Shown: one piece after another, positions 1 to 9,698 of the stretch
Layout of the letters: the number at the start of each line of letters is the position of its first letter
Numbering within the stretch: the first letter of the stretch is position 1
Assembly: GCA_041576165.1 (NCBI GenBank)
Contig: JBFGLM010000041.1
Location: forward strand, 1-41,172
Reading direction: 5' to 3'
Source of the DNA: Acidimicrobiia bacterium
GTDB lineage: Bacteria > Actinomycetota > Acidimicrobiia > Spongiisociales > Spongiisociaceae
DNA: 41,172 bases
Made by a program: the position numbers and the translations under genes
Notes under the pieces: model-generated
Database searches by the model: none
What the model was told of the DNA's origin: nothing
Seen by the model: the letters and a program-made list of their open reading frames with translations, nothing else

Positions 1-233
1 AAGTCGTCGCCGGTGAGCCGGCGCAAGCGAGAGATGAGATTGTGTAATGCGGCCTCGGGATCGTCGGGCGGTGACTGGCCCCACACTTCCTCTATCAAGC
101 GTCCCAACCCGACCGGCTGCGGTGCCTCGGCTAGGAGGATGGCCAACACCGCGCCCACTCGAGGACCCGGCGTATGCGGCTCGCCGGCCGCGACTGCGCG
201 TACGCCTCCGAACACCTCATAGGCCCTCTCCAC
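1..233 (-). CDS. SARP/AfsR-type winged-helix transcriptional regulator, N-terminal part (runs off the window start)
   Basis: Not in the ORF track. Manual minus-strand translation from GTG at 233 gives ERAYEVFGGVRAVAAGEPHTPGPRVGAVLAILLAEAPQPVGLGRLIEEVWGQSPPDDPEAALHNLISRLRRLTGDD. This matches the Trans_reg_C pattern 'LA.LL....V....LIE.VW...PP......L...ISRLRR' of SARP/BTAD regulators. Confidence 0.8.
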   Translation of the reverse strand, partial: MERAYEVFGGVRAVAAGEPHTPGPRVGAVLAILLAEAPQPVGLGRLIEEVWGQSPPDDPEAALHNLISRLRRLTGDD

Positions 234-307
234 CGAGCCCAAGCTAAACGAACGATAGGGTCCCTGCCTGGCGGCGCCGTCGGCATTACGCGCCGGCGCC
301 GTGTTGA

Positions 308-2038
308 ATGGCCGACATGAGCGGCGGACGACAGCCTCGGAACGCTGCGCCGGCTCGGCCGTGGTCATGGCCGATCCTGGTGGGGATTGGGCTCGCCCTG
401 ATCGGGTTACTGGCCGTCTTCGAATGGCCCTCCTATGAGTCGGAGGGCGGGCAGATCGCGGTGGAGGCACCCGCTCCCACTGCCCCATCCACCTCCGCCC
501 CGAGCCGGGAGGCTGTGCTCGGGCACACGCTGGTGGACGCCGGCGCCTTCGCCGAGGGCCCCACGATCACATGGGCGGAGAAGGCTTTGCCGGACGTGGT
601 GACCTCGGTGTACGGCTTGGGGGAACTGAACGGCCGGGTGGCGCTGATCGCCACTACGTCCGCACCCGACGCCCGCAAGCTGTACCCGGGCGGGGCCTTC
701 TACCTGACGGAGTCGAACGGCGAATGGGGATCGCCCCGGTGGACCCTGCCCGACACCGAACAAATGGTGGCGGTTGATATCGGCCCTACGGGGGTGATTG
801 TCGTGGCGGCCGGCCGCGGGGCGGCCCGTCTCCCGTATGTCTCAACCGACGTGACGGTCTATTCCTCGCCCAATGGTGTCGACTGGCATGCGACCCCGAT
901 CGCAGAGGTCGGTGAAAGGTCGCTCGTCAGCCTCAACGCGGCGGTGGGGCCGGCCGGATCGGCCAGTTGGGTCACCGCCTTGACCGTGGTGGACGACTAC
1001 CCATCCGTGACCGCCGCCCTTCCCGCCGCAGTGCAGGAGCGGGTGATCTCCCGCTCGGCGACCGTGCAGATCGACGATGGGCAGGTCGTCGTGTCGGGCC
1101 CGCTCGATTTCCCGCTGTTTGAGACGTCGCTGGCAGAGCTAGGCCTCGACGACCCGCCGGCCGGTCCGGCGGAGCGCCGTGAAAGCCTGGCCTGGAGCAG
1201 CCTCGATGGTCGGGGTTTTGTTGCGTCCTCAAATCCGGCCGGGTCGGAGTTCATTGCCACGATCGACCGGGGCGTCGACGGGCGACTGCTCATGCTGGAC
1301 ACCGGGAGCCGCGTGTTCCGGCAGACGGCAGGTGAATCCTTTGAGCAGGTGGGGATTCTGAGCAATCTGGGCTTCGGGGTGGCTTACCTGCAGTCAATCG
1401 GTGACCGAGTAGTCACGGTGAACGACCAGCGGGTCGAAGTGGTCGTCGGCGGGACGGACAGCATCGTATTGCGTCCACCGCAGGGGCGGGGCGCGTCCCC
1501 CTACGTTTTGCCGGCGGCTGGGCCGGCCGGCTTGGCCGTCCTGACGGGCGCTGGCGGGCCGGACTACGGCGTGACGTTCCAAGCGGCCGTGATCGAACGG
1601 GCTGGGGTCCGAGTGATCATCGATTCGTCGCCGCGCCGGATCCGGGTGGCCGGGTCGGGTGACGTGGTGGAGACGTTCGCAGCGCCGGAAGACAGCGATC
1701 GAGTTTTCTACCAAGCAGGAACGTCGCGCCTCTACCTGGGCGGCCCGCCCGCCGACTCCGACGTCTGGGTGACCGTCGATGAACTGGAACAGATCTATCT
1801 GGCGGGCCTGGTTCCCAGAACGCGGGGACCGTTCGGCGTGGCCTTCACCCCTGATGGGGACACCTGGGGCTGGGCGGCGCTGGAACTCGAGCCGCGCCGG
1901 CCCCTCGGTCCGGTCTCGCTGCTGGCGGTGGGTGAACGCGACATCTACGCAGTGATCGACGCACCTCAGCTCCCCAACAGCCCTCGCAGCGATTCGGGAA
2001 TGACACCCCGCCTGCTGGTCGGCACGATTTCGGGGTGA
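308..2038 (+). CDS. Membrane-anchored extracellular protein with Asp-box/BNR-like repeats (probable beta-propeller)
   Basis: 576-aa ORF with an N-terminal TM helix (WPILVGIGLALIGLLAVF), a Pro/Thr/Ser linker and repeated Asp-box-like motifs (YSSPNGVDW, WSSLDGRGF, FTPDGDTW). Confidence 0.65.
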   Translation: MADMSGGRQPRNAAPARPWSWPILVGIGLALIGLLAVFEWPSYESEGGQIAVEAPAPTAPSTSAPSREAVLGHTLVDAGAFAEGPTITWAEKALPDVVTSVYGLGELNGRVALIATTSAPDARKLYPGGAFYLTESNGEWGSPRWTLPDTEQMVAVDIGPTGVIVVAAGRGAARLPYVSTDVTVYSSPNGVDWHATPIAEVGERSLVSLNAAVGPAGSASWVTALTVVDDYPSVTAALPAAVQERVISRSATVQIDDGQVVVSGPLDFPLFETSLAELGLDDPPAGPAERRESLAWSSLDGRGFVASSNPAGSEFIATIDRGVDGRLLMLDTGSRVFRQTAGESFEQVGILSNLGFGVAYLQSIGDRVVTVNDQRVEVVVGGTDSIVLRPPQGRGASPYVLPAAGPAGLAVLTGAGGPDYGVTFQAAVIERAGVRVIIDSSPRRIRVAGSGDVVETFAAPEDSDRVFYQAGTSRLYLGGPPADSDVWVTVDELEQIYLAGLVPRTRGPFGVAFTPDGDTWGWAALELEPRRPLGPVSLLAVGERDIYAVIDAPQLPNSPRSDSGMTPRLLVGTISG

Positions 2039-2062
2039 TCGGGCTCGGCCGAAATGCGCACC

Positions 2063-3613
2063 TCAAGAGTCCTGCAGCCAGACGTCGACCGTGTCCACCA
2101 GGAGCCGGCTGCACGCCTGCGCCGCCGGGTCGGCTCCGCACGCAATCGCCAGCTGCTGCGGTTGGTTGGCCTCCAGCCAGGCCACATGCGCTTCGAACGC
2201 GGCAGTCAGCTCGGCGCCAAAGGTGAAGTCGACGAATGCGACAATCGTGCCGTCGACAACTTCGGCTTCGACGTGGATGTTGCCCCGATCGAGGTCGGGG
2301 TTCGGGATGATCCAGCGGTCGGTCCACGTCAGGTCGCAGGCCGCCACCCCTCCGGATGATGAGCAGGCCAGTTCGACGTCGGCACCTTCGTAGGGCGCCG
2401 ACCCTTCGACAAAGACGTCCGGCGATGCGCCGAGTCCCACCCATGGGGCGTCGGGCGCGACCACGCTCCCGGCCGCCTCATCGCCCCGAATGGCGCGGTC
2501 CAGCCAGTAGGCCAGTACCTCCTCTGGCGGGCTGGTCGAGTCAACTTCCGCCGGCGGCGTGAGGGGTTGCGGGGCGGCGGGGATGTCCACCGGTTTTCTG
2601 GCCAGCGTCGCCAGGAAGTGCTCGTAGAAGGCAGCCGGGTCGGTGACGGCGGTCGCCACCTGTACCGACGTCCCATTCGCGTTGCGGACGGTGGCGCCCA
2701 ACCTTGGGCCGTCGTCGGTAGCCACGACGAGCGTCTCGTCCTGGGATGACACGAACGACTCGCCGGCGGCCACTGACGCCGCCAGCTCGTCCCACAGGTA
2801 GAAAAAGCCGCTCGTGACGGCCGGGAACGTGTCGACCAGCGAGCGGAGGTAGCTGACGGCCGGGCTTTGCGGCGCAGCGCGCAGTGCGTCGGGCCAGAAC
2901 CCGGGCACCGGCACCTCGTTGGTCGCGTCGAGCGGCACGACCGTGATCGGTGTGTCCGACTCGATCACTTGCCGAGCCGCCGGGACGTCGATCCACAGGT
3001 TCCACTCGGCATCGGTCCCAGGGACGTTGCCCGGAACATCAACCGCACCGCCCATGATCACCACCCGGGCTAGGGCATCGACGAGCTCGGGATGGCGGTC
3101 GAAGGCGCGGGCGACATTCGTCAGGGGCGCCACAGCCAGCAGGATGACCGGCTGCTCGGACGCGGCCGCGACCTCGGCGATCACTTGATGGGCGGGGCGT
3201 TGATCAGCGGCCAGATCCACCGTGGCGGGCAGACCATCGGCGAGTGCTTCGTGGCCCGCCAGGAACTCGGCCGGCCAGGACCCAGCGCCGGCCGGAGCGT
3301 CGGGGTCGCATGCCACCGGGATGTCCGGTTGGTTGAGCAGAGCCAGGATGCCGAGGGTCACCGTGATCCCGAGGTCGCACCCGGCTTCGCCGGTGGCCGG
3401 CAATGTCACAGCCAACAGGTCAACCTGCGGGTGGGAGAGCAGGTAGAGCAGCGCGCCGATATCGGAGACAGTCGGGCTGTAGTCGAAGATCACCGGGCGG
3501 CTACCCGGCCGCGGTGTCACTCCAGCCCGCGTCGTTGTCTGTTCGGCCTCTCCCGATGTACAGGCGACCGCGACAACCAACGCGACCACTGCCAGGGCTA
3601 GACGCTCCCGCAC
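2063..3613 (-). CDS. Lipoprotein nucleoside-hydrolase (IU-NH fold) homologue with a ~170-aa C-terminal extra domain
   Basis: Lipobox VAVAC. NH-family motifs: VIFD..., APLTNVA, IMGGAVDVPGNV, AEWNLWID, VPLDATN, YLWDELAA. Ends in a Cys-containing C-terminal extension. Confidence 0.8.
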   Translation of the reverse strand: MRERLALAVVALVVAVACTSGEAEQTTTRAGVTPRPGSRPVIFDYSPTVSDIGALLYLLSHPQVDLLAVTLPATGEAGCDLGITVTLGILALLNQPDIPVACDPDAPAGAGSWPAEFLAGHEALADGLPATVDLAADQRPAHQVIAEVAAASEQPVILLAVAPLTNVARAFDRHPELVDALARVVIMGGAVDVPGNVPGTDAEWNLWIDVPAARQVIESDTPITVVPLDATNEVPVPGFWPDALRAAPQSPAVSYLRSLVDTFPAVTSGFFYLWDELAASVAAGESFVSSQDETLVVATDDGPRLGATVRNANGTSVQVATAVTDPAAFYEHFLATLARKPVDIPAAPQPLTPPAEVDSTSPPEEVLAYWLDRAIRGDEAAGSVVAPDAPWVGLGASPDVFVEGSAPYEGADVELACSSSGGVAACDLTWTDRWIIPNPDLDRGNIHVEAEVVDGTIVAFVDFTFGAELTAAFEAHVAWLEANQPQQLAIACGADPAAQACSRLLVDTVDVWLQDS

Positions 3614-3858
3614 ACGATCCCCTCACCCAGACAATACGAGGCTACGCGCCAGACTCTGGCCCGGCATGCCCATATGGGCTCGGCGCGTCAGGAAAAGCGG
3701 GTCGCGATGCTGACCGCCGCACCAACCTCGCACATCCTCGTCTGGTGACAGCTCGGTCATGCGACGAGCCAGACAGAGAGGTTCGATCAGGCCCAGATGG
3801 AGTCAGGGCGATAGCGTGGGCGGGGATCCGAACTGCCGGCTGGGAGGAGCACGTGGGC

Positions 3859-4158
3859 ATGCGAGGCAAACGACTGGTGTTGGCTGCAGTTGGTTTGGCG
3901 CTGCTGCTGGCGGCGTGTGCGCCGGGATCGGGCCGGTTCGCGGCCGACGATCCAGCTGGCTTCTTCACGGGTATCTGGCACGGCTGGATCGCACCGATCA
4001 CGCTCATATGGCAGATCTTCAACTCGGACATCCGGGTCTACGAGCCGTTCAACACGGGCTGGTGGTACGACTTCGGGTTCTACATCGCCATCATCAGCGG
4101 CTTCGGGTCGTTGGGACTCAGACGCCGCCGGCGGAAGAAGGCCAAGACAGCGGAGTAG
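3859..4158 (+). CDS. Small conserved membrane lipoprotein of unknown function
   Basis: RBS GGAGGA at 3843-3848. Lipobox LAAC, motif AGFFTGIWHGWIAP...VYEPFNTGWWYDFGF and a basic tail. True start is internal to the 3403..4158 track ORF. Confidence 0.8.
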   Translation: MRGKRLVLAAVGLALLLAACAPGSGRFAADDPAGFFTGIWHGWIAPITLIWQIFNSDIRVYEPFNTGWWYDFGFYIAIISGFGSLGLRRRRRKKAKTAE

Positions 4159-4284
4159 CTGCCGCTCGGCACCATCGACTTCGTGGGCGGAACGTGGATC
4201 GCGACGCCGAGCACATCGCGGCCGTCCGGCCCTGCACGGTTCCAACACCATCCATCACACTGAGAGGGCGTCCATCGCGGAGGT

Positions 4285-5760
4285 GTGGTGGTGTGGCGGC
4301 GTCTTCTATTTGTCCTGGCGCTGGTGGTGCTGGTGGCCGTGACCGACCCGGCAGGCGCGACCTTCCCGGGTGAGCCCGGCCGGCTGGCGCTGTTGCTTGG
4401 CGACCGGGTGACGTGGCAGAGCGGGGCATATTCGATCCTGCCTGACGGCAGCGGGCTCGACCTCGTGAGGAGCCCGGCTACGCAGCCGGTCTGGTCACCC
4501 CGGAGCCGCCATCTGGCCGTGATTCAGACCGACGACCACCGCACGTTCGTGGAGGTAACGGACATCCGTACGGGGTCGAGCTTTGTGGCGTTCGAGGTCA
4601 CGGCACCCCAATCGATTTCCAGCATGGCCTGGTCGCCGGATGCCCGATGGCTGGCGATCGGCATCGATCAGCAGGCCGGGTTTGGCGACGTCGTGCTGGT
4701 CCCTCTGTCCGGTGACGGACAGCAACACGTCGCCGCGTTCACGCAGGGTGGGATCGGGCCGAGCTTGGATTGGTCGCCTCGCGGCGACTTGCTGGCCGTC
4801 ACGCTTCTCTCGACCGAGGGGGCATCGGTGATCGCCACGCTGTCGCTCGACGGCTCGGACATCACCGTGCTGGCGGATGGAACGCATCCGTCGTGGTCGC
4901 CCGATGCCAGCGAGATCGTCTTCGTCGGGCCCCTTGGCACGTCGGTCATCGGTGCCGATGGCAGCGGATTGCGGGTGGTGCCGGGCCTCGAGCTGGGTCA
5001 ACCACCGGGGCCGCAGCTGGGGGTGGGCTTCTCGCCCGTGTGGTCGCCGGCCGGAGATGAGATCGCGGTGGTTGGTTTCCAGGGTGTGCATGCTCTGATC
5101 GTGGACGCGATGACCGGCGAAGCCGAGACGCTCTTCTCCGACTTCGACCGGCCCGTGTACGACATCGACTGGGCAGTCGCCACTGATGGCAGTACGTTCG
5201 CCGATGTGCCTTTCACTCACCGTTTTTCGAGCGATGTGGAATGGCTGTTCGATAGCGCGATCACTCGGGGCTGCAACCCTCCGCTGGCCGATCTGTTCTG
5301 TGTGAGGGCTCCTGCGACTCGTGGGCAGCTGGCCGCGTTTGTGGCGCGCACCTTCGATTTGAGCCCGGCGGGCGACATCAACCCGTTCATCGACGATGAG
5401 GGATCGGTCTTCGAGGACGACATCGGGGCCTTGGCCTCGGCCGGCATCACGTTCGGGTGCAACCCGCCGGACAACGACCGATTCTGCCCTGGTGAGCCGG
5501 CCACCCGCGGTCACGTTGCTGCGTTGCTGGTGCGTGCGTTGGGTCTCGACCCGCTGACTGGTGTCGACACGTTCATCGACGACGACGGATCGGTGTTCGA
5601 GGCCGACATCGAGGCGCTGGCTGCGGCCGGGATCACCGGAGGTTGTGATGCCGCGGGTGTCCGTTTCTGCCCGCGGGACCCGGTGACGAGAGGCCAGATC
5701 GCCGCGTTTCTCCACCGAGCGCGAGGCGACCGGTGCGACCTGCTCGGGGCATGTGGCTGA
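4285..5760 (+). CDS. Secreted TolB/PD40-repeat beta-propeller protein with three C-terminal SLH domains
   Basis: Signal peptide, five WSP motifs (PVWSPR, MAWSPD, LDWSPR, PSWSPD, PVWSPA), and SLH repeats (ITRGCNPP..FC...ATRGQLAAF; ITFGCNPP..FCPGEPATRG; ITGGC..FCPRDPVTRGQIAAF). Confidence 0.85.
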   Translation: MVVWRRLLFVLALVVLVAVTDPAGATFPGEPGRLALLLGDRVTWQSGAYSILPDGSGLDLVRSPATQPVWSPRSRHLAVIQTDDHRTFVEVTDIRTGSSFVAFEVTAPQSISSMAWSPDARWLAIGIDQQAGFGDVVLVPLSGDGQQHVAAFTQGGIGPSLDWSPRGDLLAVTLLSTEGASVIATLSLDGSDITVLADGTHPSWSPDASEIVFVGPLGTSVIGADGSGLRVVPGLELGQPPGPQLGVGFSPVWSPAGDEIAVVGFQGVHALIVDAMTGEAETLFSDFDRPVYDIDWAVATDGSTFADVPFTHRFSSDVEWLFDSAITRGCNPPLADLFCVRAPATRGQLAAFVARTFDLSPAGDINPFIDDEGSVFEDDIGALASAGITFGCNPPDNDRFCPGEPATRGHVAALLVRALGLDPLTGVDTFIDDDGSVFEADIEALAAAGITGGCDAAGVRFCPRDPVTRGQIAAFLHRARGDRCDLLGACG

Positions 5761-5928
5761 CCGGTATTGGCTAGAGCTTCAGCGATTCTCGCCAGGACGA
5801 CCCGCAGGCGGTCCCGAGGCACCAGCGTGGGGCCAGGCTGACCGACGGACTACCAGCTGTCGCCGGTGATGGCGATCTCGTGCCGAATGTCTCTGGTCCA
5901 TATCTGCCGACGGGGCGATACTGGGCTG

Positions 5929-6375
5929 ATGGTCGTCATCGTCGATCCGCACCTGCACGTCGAGCACGTGGCGGGGCATCCTGGTGAGCGGCGGCTGGTC
6001 GTGACATACACGATCGAGGTGCCGGCGGGGGATCCGTCGATCGGGAGATGGATCGGGGAAGAGGCCACCGTGCATGCCGAGGATGCCCGTGACGCACCTG
6101 TCCCGCCCACCGACCTGACAGTGCAACTCGAGGACCGCCTCGTGGTTGAGAAGCCCGGGCGGATCCTGCGCCGGCTGACCACTGACGTGCACCGGGTCGA
6201 TCTCGACGTCGAGCAGGACTGGTGGCGCACGGACCACGCCGGCGGTATCGAGCCGATCGCCGAGTTCGCCGATCACCTGGTCGCCGAGGTGGTCCTGCGG
6301 CTCGGCAATGACGTGGTGGCGACGGCCAAGACACCGATGATCACCGGCTCCTGGGGAGCGCTCGGCACGGACTGA
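5929..6375 (+). CDS. Hypothetical protein
   Basis: Protein-like composition from ATG 5929 (MVVIVDPHLHVEH...), typical high-GC codon usage. No family recognised; start uncertain (5866 in the track). Confidence 0.6.
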   Translation: MVVIVDPHLHVEHVAGHPGERRLVVTYTIEVPAGDPSIGRWIGEEATVHAEDARDAPVPPTDLTVQLEDRLVVEKPGRILRRLTTDVHRVDLDVEQDWWRTDHAGGIEPIAEFADHLVAEVVLRLGNDVVATAKTPMITGSWGALGTD

Positions 6376-6559
6376 ACCGCGCTCCGATTCATCCCGAGGC
6401 CGCCGTGGAGGGTGGGCTGCCGCCGGTGGACGCCCGGCGACGCCGGCTGCCTGGCCTGGCGCTCTCCCGCCGTCCATAAGAGCCCGCGTCGCCTCCCTAT
6501 CGGTGCCGTTGGCGCCGAGAACTGCGATTGGCGGCATGAGACTGCTGCCGGCAGCTGGG

Positions 6560-6608
6560 CGAACTTTCGGCGTTGGCGCCCCCTGAGGGTACCCCCCAGC
6601 CTTAGGAA
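6560..6608. repeat. Intergenic repeat, copy 1 (REP-like, palindromic core CCTGAGGGT..CCTTAGG)
   Basis: cgaactttcggcgttggcgccccctgagggtaccc matches 21296-21330 at 29/35 positions; both copies are followed by ccttaggaa. Confidence 0.7.
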
Positions 6609-6623
6609 CGCGGGAGACCGCGC

Positions 6624-7697
6624 CTAGCCGGCCCCGAGGCGTTGTTCCTCCAGGCGCCTGGTCACCGCGTCCAACCCAGCCGCAACCACCAGCGCGACCC
6701 CCGAGCTCACCCGAAACCAGAACGGAGCGACCCCAAACAGCAGCAAACCGTTGTTGAGAATCCCGATGAACAACACGCCGGCAAACACGCCCAACAGCGT
6801 CCCGCGACCCCCGCTGAAGGCCACACCACCGAGAAGCACTGCGCTCAGCACGCTGAGTTCGGTCCCCTCCCCCAGGGTAGGAGGGGCCGAATCGAGCCGG
6901 GAGACCGTTATCAGAGCTCCCAAGCCCGCCGCGGCCCCGGTCGCCCCATACAGGAGCATGGGGATCAGCTTCACCTTCACGCCGGCGCGGAAGGCTGCTT
7001 GTTCATTCACACCGATTGCCATCACGTGCCGTCCCCACCTCGTGCGGTACAGAAACGCAGCGCCGATGATGAGGGTCACGAGTGAGATGGCGATCGGGAC
7101 CGGGACCTCCAGCAGCCGGACCCGACCGCGACCGAGCACCGCGAAGGTGTCACCGAACCGGCTGGCCTGATCGCCGGCGTTGACGACGAAAGCGATGCCT
7201 CGCACAGCCGTGAAGAACCCCAGCGTGACGACGAATGTCGGTAGGCGCATCGGACCTACCAGGAGCCCCTGCAACAAACCGACGGCGATTGTGATCAAGA
7301 TGACGGTCGCGCTCGCGGACCACACGCCCATGCCTTGTTCGAGGAGCTTGCCGACGACCACCGCGCCCAGCCCGAGGATCGAGCCGATCGCAAAGTCCAC
7401 GTAGCCGGAGAGCAGCAGGATGGCGCTGGGGACCGCCAGCAGGAGGATCACCGAGGTCTGCAGCAGAACCAGCCGGAGGTTCGATGCCGTCAAGAAGGTG
7501 TCGGTGAGTACGGCGAACGCAATGATCTCGACCACCAGCGCGGCCACGATCCCGTTGCGGATGATCACCGCCCAGCTGTCGCTGAGCCGAACCGCCGCCA
7601 GGCCCCGGCGGCTGGAAGAGAGCCCCTGCGCGCCCGCGGGCTGATCGGTCAGCTCTCCTGCGCCTGTCCGGTCCGTGTCACGTGGCGTCAGCGGCAA
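6624..7697 (-). CDS. Sugar (CUT2/RbsC-like) ABC transporter permease
   Basis: Multiple TM helices and motifs FVVTLG, TRWGRHVMAIGVNEQAAFRAGV, ELSVLSAVLLGGVAFSGGRG. TTG start with RBS GAGGAGG. Confidence 0.93.
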   Translation of the reverse strand: MPLTPRDTDRTGAGELTDQPAGAQGLSSSRRGLAAVRLSDSWAVIIRNGIVAALVVEIIAFAVLTDTFLTASNLRLVLLQTSVILLLAVPSAILLLSGYVDFAIGSILGLGAVVVGKLLEQGMGVWSASATVILITIAVGLLQGLLVGPMRLPTFVVTLGFFTAVRGIAFVVNAGDQASRFGDTFAVLGRGRVRLLEVPVPIAISLVTLIIGAAFLYRTRWGRHVMAIGVNEQAAFRAGVKVKLIPMLLYGATGAAAGLGALITVSRLDSAPPTLGEGTELSVLSAVLLGGVAFSGGRGTLLGVFAGVLFIGILNNGLLLFGVAPFWFRVSSGVALVVAAGLDAVTRRLEEQRLGAG

Positions 7698-7707
7698 CCC
7701 TCCTCAC

Positions 7708-7759
7708 ATCTACAAGCGAGCCGAGGAGCGGGGCTCCTCGGCTCAACCTGCATGTAGAT
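7708..7759 (-). terminator. Intercistronic stem-loop between binding-protein and permease genes (mRNA stabiliser/attenuator)
   Basis: Perfect 12-bp stem gagccgaggagc(7718-7729)/gctcctcggctc(7733-7744), with outer arms atctaca/tgtagat. Confidence 0.65.
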
Positions 7760-7767
7760 CCGTTCAC

Positions 7768-8898
7768 CTACTCGACGAACTGGTTGTACGTGTCCAGGAT
7801 CTCCTGGGCCCTATCGGGGTTGGCCGGCGTGATCAGCTCGTACACGAGCAAGATGCTGTTGGTCGGCTGACCCTCGATGATGTTGATCGGCAAGTCGGCG
7901 ACGGCTTGGCCCAGCTGGTCGAGAATCAGTGCTGAGCTGGCTCGATAAATGCCTGATGGCCCGCCGCCCTCGGCGATGAGTTCGAGCGCCTCGTTCTGTC
8001 CATCCATGCCGCCCACGAAGATCTCGCCGGGGTCGCGTCCTTCGGACTCGATCTGGTTGAGGAACGCCTGGTAGGCGCCGAGCGCGCCACCGTCGTTGAT
8101 ACCGAGCACCATGTTGAGGCCGGGATCAGCTTGCAGGAACGTCTCGGTTGCTTCTAGGCCGGTGTCTTCCGCCACCGCCTCTGCCTCAACCGGCTCTACT
8201 CCCAGAGTGTCCACCATGACCTTGCGGATGGTGTCGGTGCGGTCGGTGCATGCCCGGCCGCACTGGTCGAAGGTGAAGAGCGCCCAGCTGAAGGTGTCCT
8301 TGTCGCCAGTGAAGTCTTCGTTGAACCAGCGGATCGCCTCGTTTGCCAGGTCCTGGCCGCCGGTCGCATTGTCGTAGATGATGGCCGCGTCACCACCCTG
8401 CACGGCGGTCGAGTAACCGACGACGACGATGCCCGCGTCCTTGGCCTGCTGGGTCACCTGCACGTACGGGTCCGGTCCGCACAGGGGCAGGAAGGTGATA
8501 CCCACGACACCTTGAGCAATGAAGTTCTCGATGTCGCGGACCTGCTGGTCACAGTCGCCGTTGGCTGCGCCCTCCACGAAGTCGTACCCTCGCCGTTCCG
8601 CCTCGACCCGGGCCGGGTTGGCCACGATCGGGTAGATACCGGCCGACTCGTTGCCAAAGCTAAAAGCGATGGTTCCAGCCGATTCAGGTTCTGCTTCCGT
8701 CGTTGTCGTGGTCTCTGGCGCCGCCGTGGTGGTTGCCGCCTCGGTGGTCGTCGGTGCTTCGGTAGCGGCGGTCGTCTCCTCTGCTGCCGCGGTTGTGCCC
8801 GCCGAGTCGTCTCCGTCGCCGCAGGCGGCTGCGACTACCGATAGTGAAGCCAGTATTGCGAGTACTCGGAAGGTTGCTGAACGCTTGAAACCCGCCAT
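7768..8898 (-). CDS. Sugar ABC transporter substrate-binding lipoprotein (Peripla_BP_4/RbsB-like)
   Basis: ATG 8898 with RBS GGAGGGAGG. Lipobox VAAACG, Thr/Glu/Ala linker, and motifs QVRDIENFIAQGV, NDGGALGA, VGGMDG. Confidence 0.9.
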   Translation of the reverse strand: MAGFKRSATFRVLAILASLSVVAAACGDGDDSAGTTAAAEETTAATEAPTTTEAATTTAAPETTTTTEAEPESAGTIAFSFGNESAGIYPIVANPARVEAERRGYDFVEGAANGDCDQQVRDIENFIAQGVVGITFLPLCGPDPYVQVTQQAKDAGIVVVGYSTAVQGGDAAIIYDNATGGQDLANEAIRWFNEDFTGDKDTFSWALFTFDQCGRACTDRTDTIRKVMVDTLGVEPVEAEAVAEDTGLEATETFLQADPGLNMVLGINDGGALGAYQAFLNQIESEGRDPGEIFVGGMDGQNEALELIAEGGGPSGIYRASSALILDQLGQAVADLPINIIEGQPTNSILLVYELITPANPDRAQEILDTYNQFVE

Positions 8899-8926
8899 GG
8901 TTTTCCTCCCTCCCCATTGGGGTGGA

Positions 8927-8946
8927 CAAGATTTTATAACGTATAA
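8927..8946. promoter_or_regulatory. Putative GntR operator 1 / -10 region (TTATA-N3-TATAA)
   Basis: AT-rich caagattttataacgtataa in the divergent SBP/GntR intergenic region; near-identical motif at 12368-12387. Confidence 0.65.
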
Positions 8947-9026
8947 CATAAGGGGACAACCGGCGCGGCACGGGGCGGTCACGGTCGCCCGTTCGCGAGC
9001 CCGGGCTCAGCAGGGTTGGTGAAAAG

Positions 9027-9698
9027 GTGGATCGAACGATCAAGTCTTCGACCATGGTGGACGAGGTCGTGCAACAGATGCGCGAGATGCTCTACGCGGG
9101 AGAGTTCGAGGCGGGGGAGCGACTGCGGTTGCGAGACCTGCAGCAACGATTCGGGGTGTCCCATATCCCGATTCGGGAGGCACTCCGCACGCTCGAGGCC
9201 GAAGGACTGGTCGAGAACCTTCCTCAACGCGGTGCGGTAGCGGCTCCGGTATCGCTCGAGGTCTTGGCGGAGGTGTACGACGCCCGGCGGATGTTGGAGC
9301 CGGCGCTGGCCGCCCGGGCCGCTCCGCGAATGACCGATGAGGATGTTGCCGAGCTGTCGGCTGCCTACGGGCGCCTGGCCGAGGTCTCCGCGTCCGGCAG
9401 CGACGACTTCTTCGAAGAGCACCGGCGGTTCCACTGGCTGACGATGCGGGCCGGCGCTACCCCTACGCTCGAGCGCATCCTCCGTCAGCTGTGGGGATTG
9501 TCTGAGCGGTTCCTGCGGTTGTCACTCGCCTTTCCCTCAGACGTGGCGCCCGCGATCCAACAACATCGTTTGATCTACGAGCTTTCGGCCCAGCGTGATC
9601 CGGCCGTTGCCGACGTTGTGTTGAGCCATTTGCATCTGACAGAGGACGCGCTGGTATCGCATTACTCCGCCGATCAGCCCACTCCGGACGCGGTCTAG
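9027..9698 (+). CDS. GntR-family (FCD domain) transcriptional regulator
   Basis: HTH RFGVSHIPIREALRTLEAEGLVENLPQRGAVA. FCD features: HRRFHW, QQHRLIYE, SHL. Confidence 0.93.
   Translation: MDRTIKSSTMVDEVVQQMREMLYAGEFEAGERLRLRDLQQRFGVSHIPIREALRTLEAEGLVENLPQRGAVAAPVSLEVLAEVYDARRMLEPALAARAAPRMTDEDVAELSAAYGRLAEVSASGSDDFFEEHRRFHWLTMRAGATPTLERILRQLWGLSERFLRLSLAFPSDVAPAIQQHRLIYELSAQRDPAVADVVLSHLHLTEDALVSHYSADQPTPDAV

Noticed and set aside
4495-5715. 406-aa minus-strand ORF
   Set aside because: Antisense shadow of the PD40/SLH gene; Arg/His-rich with no motifs.
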